64,000 nt of DNA from Oceanispirochaeta sp. (GCA_963663385.2 CAXXXD010000004.1:672001-736000); one strand, 5' to 3'. Counted from the first letter of the stretch, positions 27,705 through 37,631 are shown. The notes: generated from the sequence alone by a model not told the origin. Program-made: numbers and translations.

Positions 27705-28904
27705 TTACACAGCACAGTCGGGGCACCGGTCGTGTTCCAGGGAGTAATCTTTCCGTATCTCCCTTTTTCCGGCTATATCCAGGCGCCGGCGCTGGATTCG
27801 TTCAATATCCAGGGGATAGGAGCCGTATTCGTGAACTGTGTTATACATGGTTTCGATATTAAGCAGAGGGATCTTGTCGTGGACCTCGCTGGAAGAGCCT
27901 ATAAAGAGCTTTCGGGACGGTCCGATCCTCTCAATCAGTTCAAGGGTTTCATCCTCCACATCAAAGGCATTCCCGAAGGGGAGGGTCTCTTCGCAGCAGA
28001 CATTTCCAAACAGGAATTTATCAGGCCAGGCCCGGTGAATCTCAAAAATATCGTTGCATCCGCAGCGTTCTATGGGATTGAGTCCCTCTGCATGGAACTT
28101 GTTCTCTCCCAGGATAATATCCAGCAGAGCCCCGTAGCGGCCGTCCGTATGGAAGAGAAAGGATCCTCCCTTTTCCCGGATGGGCCGGGCGATTTTCAGC
28201 CATCGTTCCAGACAGTTCTCCTCTATCCACAGGGGAGAAAAAATGGGGCCGTTGGAACCGGCCATATCCTCACCCATAAACTGCAGGGGCGGTGTAGCAT
28301 TATCCGCATAGACTTTTGTCAGAGCGGCGGAATAGGCTGTGGTACAGTCCAGTATATGATCGATCAGCTCAGGCGCATCGTAAAGGACCATGGAAAAGAG
28401 TTCCAGATCCACATAGGTATAGGCATCACAGAGGGGGCCTTCGACGCAACCGATATAGACCCGGTCCTGTGAGGCGAACCGTTGGGTGATGTTTTTCAGG
28501 TAGGGGGTGAACCACTCCCTGATTTCATCCTCTTCAGGGATGGACGGCATGTTTTTTTCAAGGCCTGCCAGATCATTAAAAGGACGTCTTGATATCCAGG
28601 CTGTATCGCCACCCTGTTCCACACCCCAGCTGGAGGGATCCACACCCATAAAGCGAATCCAGTTGTCTACCTTGTGCCTCATCCAGTGGTCCACAGGATC
28701 ATGGGTAAAGCGGGTAATATCCAGACCTATCCCTTTAAGAGCTCTGGCATTGATATCCAGCAGTTCATCGGAAGAGTATTTTCTGTCGTCCCTGTATCCC
28801 CCGTAAACCCGCAGGACTTCCGTGTTATCTATCAGATCATAGGTCATAATGCGGTCGACTTCCCGGCCCTGCAGGGCCTTTGTCATTCGTTCAAGATTAT
28901 TCAT
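27705..28904 (-). CDS. URO-D/MtaA-like family protein 3
   Basis: MNNLER..AL.GRE.DR, EDMA..NGP.FSP, FHTDG, LNPIE, FGNV; SD AAGGAG before ATG 28904. Confidence 0.8.
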   Translation of the reverse strand: MNNLERMTKALQGREVDRIMTYDLIDNTEVLRVYGGYRDDRKYSSDELLDINARALKGIGLDITRFTHDPVDHWMRHKVDNWIRFMGVDPSSWGVEQGGDTAWISRRPFNDLAGLEKNMPSIPEEDEIREWFTPYLKNITQRFASQDRVYIGCVEGPLCDAYTYVDLELFSMVLYDAPELIDHILDCTTAYSAALTKVYADNATPPLQFMGEDMAGSNGPIFSPLWIEENCLERWLKIARPIREKGGSFLFHTDGRYGALLDIILGENKFHAEGLNPIERCGCNDIFEIHRAWPDKFLFGNVCCEETLPFGNAFDVEDETLELIERIGPSRKLFIGSSSEVHDKIPLLNIETMYNTVHEYGSYPLDIERIQRRRLDIAGKREIRKDYSLEHDRCPDCAV

Positions 28905-28971
28905 GCCTTGCTCCTTTCGCATAACGAATAAATATAAAACCGGAACAGGATTGTTCCGGCTGCAGTAAATT

Positions 28972-29958
28972 TTAATTTTTGGTATTTACCTGTTTAAAAC
29001 GGTCAATCAGCACGGCGATAAGAAGAATAAGACCGCGCACAACGTACTGGTAGAAAGTCGGGATATTCATCAGGTTCATGGCATTCTGCACGGTACCCAT
29101 AATCAGAACACCTACGATAGCCCCCTGTATCGGTGCAACACCGCCCGAGAGGGATACGCCGCCGAGTACACAGGCTGAAATGACATCCAGAGAGAATCCC
29201 ACGGAGGTATTGGGCTGTCCGCTGGTCATTCTGGATGCCAGTACGACTCCCGCAAAACCGGCCATCATTCCCTGAATGGTAAAAATGATTATCTTGATTT
29301 TGTCCACCGCTACACCGGCCAGACGGGTCGCTTCCATATTGCCCCCCATGGCCAGGGTGTTTTTACCGTAGGACGTGTTGTTCAGAAGAACTCCGAATAT
29401 GACAAAACAGACGGTTGTAATCCAGATAGGGTTGGGAATCCCCAGAACCTGTCCGTTTCCCAAACCGAAAAAGCGCATATCCGGAACACCTACGGCGCTT
29501 CCTCCGGAAACAATAAAGGCCAGCCCTCTGACAATCTGAGCCATAGCCAGTGTTGTAATCAGAGCATTGATTTTGGCTTTGGCAATAATCGTACCGTTAA
29601 TCAGGCCGATTAAACCGCCGCCCAGAATCCCGGATACCACACCCAGAAAGATGCTTCCCGTCGCATTGATCATCACAGCAGCGGTTACCCCGGAAAAAGC
29701 GACGATATTTTCAACAGACAGATCAAAGTCTCCGGAGGCCAGGCAGAACAGCATGGTACAGGCTACCATTCCCACCATGGACACCGACAGGCCCAGACCT
29801 ATCATGTTTCTCCATGTAAAGAAGTAGGGGACGAAGATTGAGAGTGCGATAAACAGCAGGATGAAGATTACCAGCATCCCGGAATTCTCCCATAAATGCC
29901 GGATGAATTTAAAAATCTTATTCTCCGATTTCATGGCTACAGTATTTTCCATTTTCAT
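28972..29958 (-). CDS. araH: L-arabinose ABC transporter permease
   Basis: GMVACTMLFCLASGDFDLSV, INALITTLA, ASRMTSGQP, ISACVLGGVSL. Confidence 0.92.
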   Translation of the reverse strand: MKMENTVAMKSENKIFKFIRHLWENSGMLVIFILLFIALSIFVPYFFTWRNMIGLGLSVSMVGMVACTMLFCLASGDFDLSVENIVAFSGVTAAVMINATGSIFLGVVSGILGGGLIGLINGTIIAKAKINALITTLAMAQIVRGLAFIVSGGSAVGVPDMRFFGLGNGQVLGIPNPIWITTVCFVIFGVLLNNTSYGKNTLAMGGNMEATRLAGVAVDKIKIIIFTIQGMMAGFAGVVLASRMTSGQPNTSVGFSLDVISACVLGGVSLSGGVAPIQGAIVGVLIMGTVQNAMNLMNIPTFYQYVVRGLILLIAVLIDRFKQVNTKN

Positions 29959-29970
29959 TTCCTTTTCTTG

Positions 29971-31485
29971 TTATACTGATTTTTCTTCACCGGCTTTATC
30001 CGGCAGAGCTTTGCTTAGAATAGCTTCATCCGAGTATTCCTCTTTCTCAAATGAACCGACAATCTCTCCTTCCCGCATAATAATCATACGGTCGGATACA
30101 CCCATAACTTCGGGCAGATCGCTGGATATACAGATAATGGACTTTCCCTCTTCCGCCAGATTATACATCAGCTGGTAAATTTCATTTTTTGTCCCCACAT
30201 CGATTCCCCGGGTGGGTTCATCCATAATCAGAACATTCACATCTTCCGCCAGCCACCGCGCCAGGATTACCTTCTGCTGGTTTCCGCCCGAAAGGCTTCC
30301 CACATTGTTCTCCCTGCTTGGGGTCTTTATCTGCAGGGTATCGATAAAGGAGTCTGTCGTTTCCTGCTCCGCTTTTTTGTCCAGAAAAAAACCGGCTTTC
30401 ATACTGTGGCGTCTGACGCTTATATTGATGTTTTCATCCACACTCCGGATCGGAATGATTCCATCGTCTTTTCTGTCCTCGGGACAGAAGAAAATCCCGT
30501 TTTCAATGGCATCCCGGGGCGATTGGATCCGAACCTTCTTATCCTCAAGGGTAATGGTTCCGCCGCTGTGTTTTTCCGCGCCGTAAAGCAGCCTCATCAA
30601 TTCGGATCGTCCGGCTCCCACCAGTCCGAAGAATCCCAGAATTTCACCTTTTCTCAGTTCAAAACTGGCCGGTTTCTTCAGTCCGGGACCGGAGATATCG
30701 TCCGCCCTGAAAACAGTATTCCCCAGGGGTCTGCTCCGGTAGGAGTAGATATCCCTGATATCCCGGCCCACCATGCGGCTCACAAGCAGGTCATGGGTTA
30801 CATTCTGCATATCCTGGAAGGTTTCTATTTTTTTCCCGTCCCGGAATACAGTAACGGAATCGCAGATCTTGAAGATCTCTTCCATCCTGTGAGAGACATA
30901 AATGATGGATTTGCCCTTTCCTCTGAGATTTCTGATAATGTCGAAAAGACGGATGGTCTCTTTGTCGGAAAGGGAGCTGGTCGGTTCATCAAAGGCTATA
31001 ATATCCGCATTATGCAGCAGCGCTTTGGCTATTTCTATCATCTGCCTCTGGCCGATGGGCAGATCTTTAATTTTCCTGTTAGGGTCTATATCTTCCAGTA
31101 TGTAGCTGAGTTCTTCACTGGCAATGGACTTCATCGCTTTAAAGTCGATCAGACCGGACTTTTTCAAAGGGTAGTGGCCCAGCAGCAGATTTTCTGCAAC
31201 GGTCATCTCCGGTACAAGGTTCAGTTCCTGATAAATAATGGCCACTCCTGCGTCCAGAGCGTCCCTGGTTCCCTGAAAATCCCGGGGGGTTCCATTAATG
31301 ATGACCTTTCCGTCGGAGGGGTAGTAGGCTCCGCTGAGGATTTTCAGCAGAGTGGACTTACCGGCTCCGTTTTCTCCGATCAGACCGCGAACTTCACCGC
31401 TCTGCACTTCGAAGGAAACTCCATCGAGAGCGCGAACCCCGGGAAAGCTTTTTGATACCGACTGAAATTGTAAATAGGGTGTCAT
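29971..31485 (-). CDS. araG: L-arabinose ABC transporter ATP-binding protein (two NBDs)
   Basis: GENGAGKSTL, IAFDEPTSSLS, YVSHRMEEIF, CPEDRK, LSGGNQQK. Confidence 0.92.
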   Translation of the reverse strand: MTPYLQFQSVSKSFPGVRALDGVSFEVQSGEVRGLIGENGAGKSTLLKILSGAYYPSDGKVIINGTPRDFQGTRDALDAGVAIIYQELNLVPEMTVAENLLLGHYPLKKSGLIDFKAMKSIASEELSYILEDIDPNRKIKDLPIGQRQMIEIAKALLHNADIIAFDEPTSSLSDKETIRLFDIIRNLRGKGKSIIYVSHRMEEIFKICDSVTVFRDGKKIETFQDMQNVTHDLLVSRMVGRDIRDIYSYRSRPLGNTVFRADDISGPGLKKPASFELRKGEILGFFGLVGAGRSELMRLLYGAEKHSGGTITLEDKKVRIQSPRDAIENGIFFCPEDRKDDGIIPIRSVDENINISVRRHSMKAGFFLDKKAEQETTDSFIDTLQIKTPSRENNVGSLSGGNQQKVILARWLAEDVNVLIMDEPTRGIDVGTKNEIYQLMYNLAEEGKSIICISSDLPEVMGVSDRMIIMREGEIVGSFEKEEYSDEAILSKALPDKAGEEKSV

Positions 31486-31516
31486 GTAAAACTCTTTTAA
31501 TTTGATTGAAGATGAG

Positions 31517-31543
31517 AAGCGGGAGGAACGGCTCCTCCCGCTT
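31517..31543. other. Intercistronic hairpin between araF and araG (mRNA stabiliser or partial terminator)
   Basis: AAGCGGGAGGA-ACGGC-TCCTCCCGCTT. Confidence 0.5.
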
Positions 31544-31571
31544 CCGGACTTGTATCTACTGATTATGAATC

Positions 31572-32570
31572 TCAGCCGTTTTCTTTAAGTTTCTGTTCGT
31601 AGTTATCCCGGTTCATCATAACAGCGGTTGTCCATGTGGTGGCAGGAGGTTCAACACCTTCGGTAATCCATTTGTAGACATATTCGCTTGTTTCATATCC
31701 GTGTCTTCTGGGAGAGATCAAGGCTGTGGCATAAAATCCGGTAATTTCGGATTTGGCAAACTCGGCCGTGGCTGTTCCGCTTCCGCCGATTCCCACAGCA
31801 CAGATGTCAGCAGCTGTAAATCCGTTTCCTTCACAGGCTCTGGTTCCGCCCATGGCAGCTTCATCATTCAGACCGCCGATCAGCCAGTGCTTAATCTGGG
31901 GGTTTTTGGTGATTGTGATATTGGCTGCGTTGAATCCGCCTTCTGTATCGGTTGTTTTTTCGGGTGATTCAAAAATAAAAGCTTTGTCGAATCCTTTTTC
32001 CAGCAGGGCATCGGTCATACCGCTTGTTCTGTCTACGGCAGTAGGCAGTTCATTGAAACTGATTCTCATAAAACCGGTTTCATTCTGTTTCCATCCTCTG
32101 GCGTCCATCTGCTCCTTCAAGGTATAACCAACCTGCTTTCCGATTTCATAGGCGGAAATACCCATATGGGGAACTTCTTCCATAGGATTGCCGTTGGCAC
32201 CGACAAAGCGGTCATCCACGCTCATGACCTTCAGGCCGTTGGCTTTGGCTTTGGCCATAATAGCAGGACCGAGTTTTACATCGGGAGTACAGATGACAAA
32301 ACCCTGTGCACCCTGTGCTGCAATATTATCAATAGCCGATAGAACCTTTTCTCCATCGGGGGTTCCGATTTCCAGTACTTTAAAACCGAATTCTCCTCCG
32401 GCTTCCTGGGCGAATTTCCATTCATTCTGGAACCAGGGTTCTTCGGGCATTTTTACAAGAAAACCGATTTTTACCTCATCAGATGATCCGGCTCCCTCCT
32501 GGGCACCGTTGGCAAAGAGCGCTCCTGATAAAAGCATAAAGCAGATTGCAAGGACTAATCCTTTTTTCAT
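31572..32570 (-). CDS. araF: L-arabinose ABC transporter substrate-binding protein
   Basis: GFLVKMPEEPWFQ.EWKFA, PDGEK.L.AID, GFVICTPD.KLG, SVDD; closely matches the AraF pattern as I recall it. Confidence 0.9.
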   Translation of the reverse strand: MKKGLVLAICFMLLSGALFANGAQEGAGSSDEVKIGFLVKMPEEPWFQNEWKFAQEAGGEFGFKVLEIGTPDGEKVLSAIDNIAAQGAQGFVICTPDVKLGPAIMAKAKANGLKVMSVDDRFVGANGNPMEEVPHMGISAYEIGKQVGYTLKEQMDARGWKQNETGFMRISFNELPTAVDRTSGMTDALLEKGFDKAFIFESPEKTTDTEGGFNAANITITKNPQIKHWLIGGLNDEAAMGGTRACEGNGFTAADICAVGIGGSGTATAEFAKSEITGFYATALISPRRHGYETSEYVYKWITEGVEPPATTWTTAVMMNRDNYEQKLKENG

Positions 32571-32605
32571 ATATAACTCCTTTAAGGTTGTTTTCCTCTT
32601 TCAAT

Positions 32606-32768
32606 TACAAGTTATATGCCATTTATTGGAGAATATTGCAAAAAAAATGTAATTTCTTATATGGAATAAAAATGTACTAGGAACATTAAAATAGTACAAT
32701 GGGTGTTCTCCGGAAAGTGGGAAAACCCGATTTCCCCTTTCCCATGGGAATGGGAAAAAACTTTCCCA
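32606..32768 (-). promoter_or_regulatory. Putative sigma54 promoter of araF plus upstream activator sites
   Basis: Minus strand TGGCAT-ATAAC-TTGTA (32606-32621; -12 GT instead of GC). Palindromes TGGGAAA-N4-TTTCCCA (32751-32768) and TGGGAAA-N6-TTTCCC (32718-32736). Confidence 0.5.
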
Positions 32769-32830
32769 GAACCCGGGCTCCCGTCGGATTTGCTTGTCAT
32801 TACTCCATATCACCCTTTATTATCATTCCT

Positions 32831-34150
32831 ATGAGTAAGAGAATTCTGATTGTGGATGATGAGGAGCAGCTTTGCGTCAGCCTCTCCCGGCTGCTGAAAG
32901 CCAGCGGGTATGATCCCGTTTATACAACAGTTCCCGAAATGGCTCTTTCCCTTCTTAAAGAGCAGCCCGCCGACCTGGTCATTACGGATTTGAAAATGCC
33001 CGGGTTTTCCGGAATTGATCTGATTAGGGAAATCCGCATCAGATTTCAGGATCTTCCCATTATAATGGTCTCAGGATACGCCTCAGTGGATAATGTCGTA
33101 AAGGCCATGCGTTACGGAGCCCTGAACTTTTTTGAGAAACCTGTCCGGTTTACCGATTTGATCAAGGATATAGATCTGCTTTTCCCGCAGGGAAAATGCG
33201 ATTCAGGTTCTGGTCCGAACCTGCTTGATATAACCTCCTCCAATAAGAGGATGCAGGATAAAATTTCCATGCTTCACAAAGCCGCCCCGACGGATGCCCC
33301 GGTCCTGATTACGGGAGAGTCCGGTACGGGAAAGGAGCTGGCCGCATCGGCCATCCATTCAAGAAGCAACCGCCGTGACGGCCCGTTTATAAAACTCAAC
33401 TGTGCTGCCATCCCCGAGTCTCTTCTGGAAAGCGAGCTTTTCGGGCATGATAAAGGGGCTTTTACTGATGCCGTAGACAGCCGGCCCGGGAAGTTTGAGG
33501 TGGCCGAAGGGGGTACCATTTTTCTGGATGAAATAGGAGAGATGAGTATTAAAACACAGGCCAAACTCCTCCGTGTCCTTCAGGAGAAGGAGTTTGAACG
33601 CCTGGGATCGCATAAAACCCGTAAAATGGATGTGCGGATCGTAGCGGCAACCAACCGGGATCTGAATAATCAGATTAAAAAGGGAGGCTTCCGTGAAGAT
33701 CTGTACTACAGGCTTTCGGTAATACAGATCGAACTGCCGGCTCTGCGTGAACGCAGGGAAGATATTCTACCTCTTTTTCGGGGGTTCCTTGCAGAGTTCA
33801 ACAGCAAGTACTGCAAAAATATAAAAGGGATGGATCTTGAAACAGAGACTCTGTTTCTGGGGCACGACTGGCCCGGCAATATCAGGGAGCTCCGGAATAC
33901 GGTGGAAAGGATGGTTATCTTCTGTGAAGGGGAAACTCTCTGTTCTCAGCTCCTGCCGGAACAGTACAATCGTTATCCCCTTACGGATGAACTTATCCCT
34001 CTCCGTTATGCTTCGGACAGCATTACAAGGGAGATTATTCTGGATACTCTGGAGAAAACCGGAGGCAGCCGCAGCAGATCGGCGGAAATCCTGGGGATTA
34101 CCAGACGAACCCTGTACAATAAAATGAAGAAACTGAGGATAGAGGTCTGA
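32831..34150 (+). CDS. sigma54-dependent NtrC-family response regulator
   Basis: Receiver ILIVDDE/TDLKMP, GESGTGKE, GAFTDA, FLDEIG, FREDLYYRL, WPGNIREL, Fis-type HTH. Confidence 0.95.
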   Translation: MSKRILIVDDEEQLCVSLSRLLKASGYDPVYTTVPEMALSLLKEQPADLVITDLKMPGFSGIDLIREIRIRFQDLPIIMVSGYASVDNVVKAMRYGALNFFEKPVRFTDLIKDIDLLFPQGKCDSGSGPNLLDITSSNKRMQDKISMLHKAAPTDAPVLITGESGTGKELAASAIHSRSNRRDGPFIKLNCAAIPESLLESELFGHDKGAFTDAVDSRPGKFEVAEGGTIFLDEIGEMSIKTQAKLLRVLQEKEFERLGSHKTRKMDVRIVAATNRDLNNQIKKGGFREDLYYRLSVIQIELPALRERREDILPLFRGFLAEFNSKYCKNIKGMDLETETLFLGHDWPGNIRELRNTVERMVIFCEGETLCSQLLPEQYNRYPLTDELIPLRYASDSITREIILDTLEKTGGSRSRSAEILGITRRTLYNKMKKLRIEV

Positions 34151-35965
34151 ATGGATTCCCCGATACGGCAGCCTCTGCTTCAAATGCAGAATATCCGCTA
34201 CTCCTATGGGTCTCTCAAGGCTCTGACCGGTATTGATTTCGACCTTTACCCATCCGAGATACACGCCCTCTCCGGTGATCATGGATCCGGGAAATCCTCT
34301 CTGGTAAAGCTGTTGAGCGGTTCTCTGAACTGCCAGACCGGTATGATAAAGATTAAAGGCAGACAGATCACAACCCTGTCTCCCTCCATCGCGGTACAGC
34401 TGGGAATCGGCATGGTTTATCAGAATGAGGAGATTATTCCCACCGGAACCCTTATGGATAATGTCTATCTGGGGCAGTTCCCCCTGTTTATGCTTCCCAG
34501 GAGTAAAGCGGCGCTGCTGCAGCAGTGCCGGGAACTGTTTGACTTTTACGGGTTTGAAGAGGACCCGAGAATGAAAATTGCGGAACTGTCTCCCACACGC
34601 CGGCATATGCTCCCTTTTTTAAGGGTTCTTGCCCGGGGAGCGGATATACTGATTCTGGATGAAATCGCACAGAAAACAACTCCCGAAGAACAGGAACACA
34701 TCTATAAACTGCTGCAGATCTGCAGGGATGCCGGTAAGGGCATAATCTATGTAACTTCCAATATTGATGAAATCTTTCGAATCGCCGACCGTGTAACGAT
34801 TCTTCATAACGGTTTACGCCGCAGTACCGAAGAGGTTTCCCGTGTGGACCGTACGCGGCTGGTTAACCTTGCCTTCAATTTTGCCATGGACCGGGAAGAC
34901 GGCGAATCGCCAGTGGACCATGAGGTCCTTCTGATCTCCCGTTATGATAAGCGGATAATTAATGATATCCCCCAGGGGATAATGATTATTTCTCCGGAAA
35001 ATGAAATACAGGATATTAATACGGCGGCTGCCAGGATACTTGAGTGTCAACCCGAGGATCTGACCGGGTCGGATCTGTCCGAGTATTTCATGGCGCTGCC
35101 GATTGAAAAAAAGGAAGAAATTCACAGGGCAATCCTGGAGCGGAGGAAGGTATTGTGGCAGAGCCTCAAATTCCTCAGGAACAAGAGACTGAAAATCCGG
35201 ATCTCCCCTCTGGGAGAGGAAGGGGACAAGAAACAGGGGCTGCTTCTTTTTCTTGAAGATTTTTCTTCGGATTATGAAACACGAGAATACCTGCTGCAGG
35301 CGGAAAAATTTGTTTCTACTGCGGAAATGGCCGCAGGGGTTGCTCATGAGGTGAATAATCCTCTGGGGATTATTCAGAATTATCTGGATCTTCTCCAGAT
35401 GGAATCTCTGAGCGAGAACGGCGAAGACTGCGTTCAACGGATTCAATCCGAGCTGAGCCGGATTGTAGAGATCATCAGCAGTCTGCTCTCCTTTTCCAGA
35501 GCCGGCGTTCGTCCCCTGAAAACCTTGAATGTGCATGATCTTCTGGATGACGTTGTCCTATTGATGGGGCATAAGCTTAAGCACCGGGAAATCCGTTTAT
35601 TCAAACGCTACTCATCCGGGAAATTATACATAGTGGCTCATGAGAACAAGCTGAAACAGCTGTTCCTTAATCTGCTGAACAATGCATCCGAGGCTGTACT
35701 TAATAAGGGTGAGATTTCCATCTCGACCGGAAAATCGGGAAACTATGTGAATGTAAACATTACAGATAACGGAAACGGCATCCCCGGGGATATCAGGGAT
35801 CAGATCTTTTCTCCTTTTTTTACCACTAAAGTAACGAAAACCAATACCGGTCTGGGATTGTCCATCTGTCAGCATATTGTCGAATCCTATAATGGCTTTA
35901 TAACAGTGAAGAGTACTCCGGGCGAGGCAACCACCTTTACCGTGCGATTGCCTCTTCAAGCCTGA
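34151..35965 (+). CDS. Histidine kinase with N-terminal degenerate sugar-ABC ATPase domain (NBD-PAS-HisKA-HATPase)
   Basis: Walker A GDHGSGKSS, Q-loop MVYQ, Walker B ILILDE, ADRVTIL.NG; then PAS, GVAHEVNNPL, DNGNGI, FFTTK..TGLGL. One continuous ORF with no TM segment. Confidence 0.88.
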   Translation: MDSPIRQPLLQMQNIRYSYGSLKALTGIDFDLYPSEIHALSGDHGSGKSSLVKLLSGSLNCQTGMIKIKGRQITTLSPSIAVQLGIGMVYQNEEIIPTGTLMDNVYLGQFPLFMLPRSKAALLQQCRELFDFYGFEEDPRMKIAELSPTRRHMLPFLRVLARGADILILDEIAQKTTPEEQEHIYKLLQICRDAGKGIIYVTSNIDEIFRIADRVTILHNGLRRSTEEVSRVDRTRLVNLAFNFAMDREDGESPVDHEVLLISRYDKRIINDIPQGIMIISPENEIQDINTAAARILECQPEDLTGSDLSEYFMALPIEKKEEIHRAILERRKVLWQSLKFLRNKRLKIRISPLGEEGDKKQGLLLFLEDFSSDYETREYLLQAEKFVSTAEMAAGVAHEVNNPLGIIQNYLDLLQMESLSENGEDCVQRIQSELSRIVEIISSLLSFSRAGVRPLKTLNVHDLLDDVVLLMGHKLKHREIRLFKRYSSGKLYIVAHENKLKQLFLNLLNNASEAVLNKGEISISTGKSGNYVNVNITDNGNGIPGDIRDQIFSPFFTTKVTKTNTGLGLSICQHIVESYNGFITVKSTPGEATTFTVRLPLQA

Positions 35966-35970
35966 ATGGC

Positions 35971-36822
35971 TTACAGACGGATCTTTTTCTCAAATGCCGC
36001 CCTGAGTTTTCCGGATATCCCCCCCGGGGTTCCCGTCCCGATAATCCGTCCGTCAATACAGGTTACAGGGATTATTTCAGCCCCGGATCCTGTCAGAAAG
36101 CACTCTTCCGCCGTATAAAGGTCAAAGCGGGTCAGGGTTGTTTCCTCAACAGGGATCCCCAGTTCACGGCCCAGCTCAAGTATGGTTGCACGGGTTATCC
36201 CTTCCAGAATCCCCAGCCAGGGGGCGGGTGTCAGGAGTTTCCCTTCCCGGATAATAAAAATATTGTCCGCCGTACACTCCGTCACATACCCGTCCCTGTT
36301 CAGCATTACCGCTTCAGGGCATCCGGCATCCCGGGCTTCCATCTTTGCCATGATGTTTGTCATATAGTTGAGGCTCTTTACCCGGGGATCAAATATATCC
36401 GGGGAGAGTCTTCTTGACGCGGACGTAATGATTTTCATTCCCTTGTCGTAGAGTTCCTGCGGATAGATCTGGATATCCTCGACTATTATAATGACCGAGG
36501 ATACGGGGCAGCTGGAGGGATCAATTCCCAGATTCCCCTTTCCCCTGGTGACAAGCAGACGGATATAGCCCTCTTTTTTTTCATTTAGCTCAACCGTTTT
36601 TTCTACTGTGCGGATCATCTCCTCCCGGTTCATCGGGATAGTCAGTCTGAGGACTTTTGCGCTGTCATAGAGGCGCCGGATATGCTCCTCCAGTTTAAAC
36701 ACTCTGCCTGCGTAAATCCGGATTCCCTCGAAAATTCCGTCGCCGTACAGCAGGCCGTGGTCAAATACGGAAACCTTTGCCTTATCCCTGTCGTAATATT
36801 TGCCGTCCATATAGATTTTCAT
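35971..36822 (-). CDS. ilvE: Branched-chain amino acid aminotransferase
   Basis: SVFDHGLLYGDGIFEGIR, YIRL.VTRG, KSLNY, LEGITR, EECFLTG. Confidence 0.92.
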   Translation of the reverse strand: MKIYMDGKYYDRDKAKVSVFDHGLLYGDGIFEGIRIYAGRVFKLEEHIRRLYDSAKVLRLTIPMNREEMIRTVEKTVELNEKKEGYIRLLVTRGKGNLGIDPSSCPVSSVIIIVEDIQIYPQELYDKGMKIITSASRRLSPDIFDPRVKSLNYMTNIMAKMEARDAGCPEAVMLNRDGYVTECTADNIFIIREGKLLTPAPWLGILEGITRATILELGRELGIPVEETTLTRFDLYTAEECFLTGSGAEIIPVTCIDGRIIGTGTPGGISGKLRAAFEKKIRL

Positions 36823-37631
36823 TCTGGTGATACCTCCCGGTTATGAAATATATCTCTCAGAAAGGGATAACCCTCTCCGAACTTCTCGATCAGCCGGGCA
36901 TCGAAGCGTTCAACAATTTTCATGATATAGATGTCGTGCTTGATGTAATCTTCTGCTAGGGTGACAAAGCCTTTGTTGCTGCTCCAGGCTCCCTGCGGTT
37001 CGTCCCGGGAGAATGTTCCCGAGAGGGCGGAAGAGGAATCCGTTACCAGAGTGAATCCCCTCCCTCCCTTTTCCGAGTAGAGGGTATCCTGTATGGGATG
37101 ACTGAAGAGGGATTCCCAGGTCAGTGCTGAGGGGCCGAAGTGTACAACCGCGCATTTTACGCCCTGGTTTTCCTTCTCCTTGACAAGATCCGCCAGAGAG
37201 GAGAACTCCTCCTCCCAGACAGAAAGAAGAATTGTTTCCTTTGACGCAATTATCATACGTTCGGCCCGTTCCATAAGGGCTTCTCTGTCTTTCAGATTCC
37301 ATATATACGAGACATTTCTGCTTTTACCCGTTTTTTTCAGTTCCCGGGAAAGATTTGACAGGGTTTTGTCCATTTTATAGCGGTAGGAGCCCAGGAATTC
37401 TTCCGGATCCTGCGGGGAATACCGTTTTTTGCTTCCCTCCGCCAGTTCCAGGACCATCTCTTTTTCAATCAGTTTTTTTATTACCCCGTAAATTTTTGAT
37501 GTGGGGAGTCCCGCCTGGCCGGCTGCTTCATAGGCTGTCAGGGGGCTGTCCTCCAGAAGGGTCAGATAGGTCCTGGCTTCGTAATCGCTCAATCCGATCT
37601 CTTTGAGTCTGTCAATTATATTAACTACCAT
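36819..37631 (-). CDS. TrmB family transcriptional regulator
   Basis: LKEIGLSDYEARTY..LL...TAYE.....GLP.SKIY..L winged helix. Confidence 0.88.
   Translation of the reverse strand: MVVNIIDRLKEIGLSDYEARTYLTLLEDSPLTAYEAAGQAGLPTSKIYGVIKKLIEKEMVLELAEGSKKRYSPQDPEEFLGSYRYKMDKTLSNLSRELKKTGKSRNVSYIWNLKDREALMERAERMIIASKETILLSVWEEEFSSLADLVKEKENQGVKCAVVHFGPSALTWESLFSHPIQDTLYSEKGGRGFTLVTDSSSALSGTFSRDEPQGAWSSNKGFVTLAEDYIKHDIYIMKIVERFDARLIEKFGEGYPFLRDIFHNREVSPE

Noticed and set aside
23197..28904. Heme biosynthesis hemE genes
   Set aside because: They lack the HemE W.MRQAGR motif and the context is carbohydrate metabolism.
30406..31455. Long antisense ORFs over ABC genes (also 44262-45248, 55774-56754, 20335-21198)
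   Set aside because: They are antisense frames of well-supported genes and show no protein motifs.
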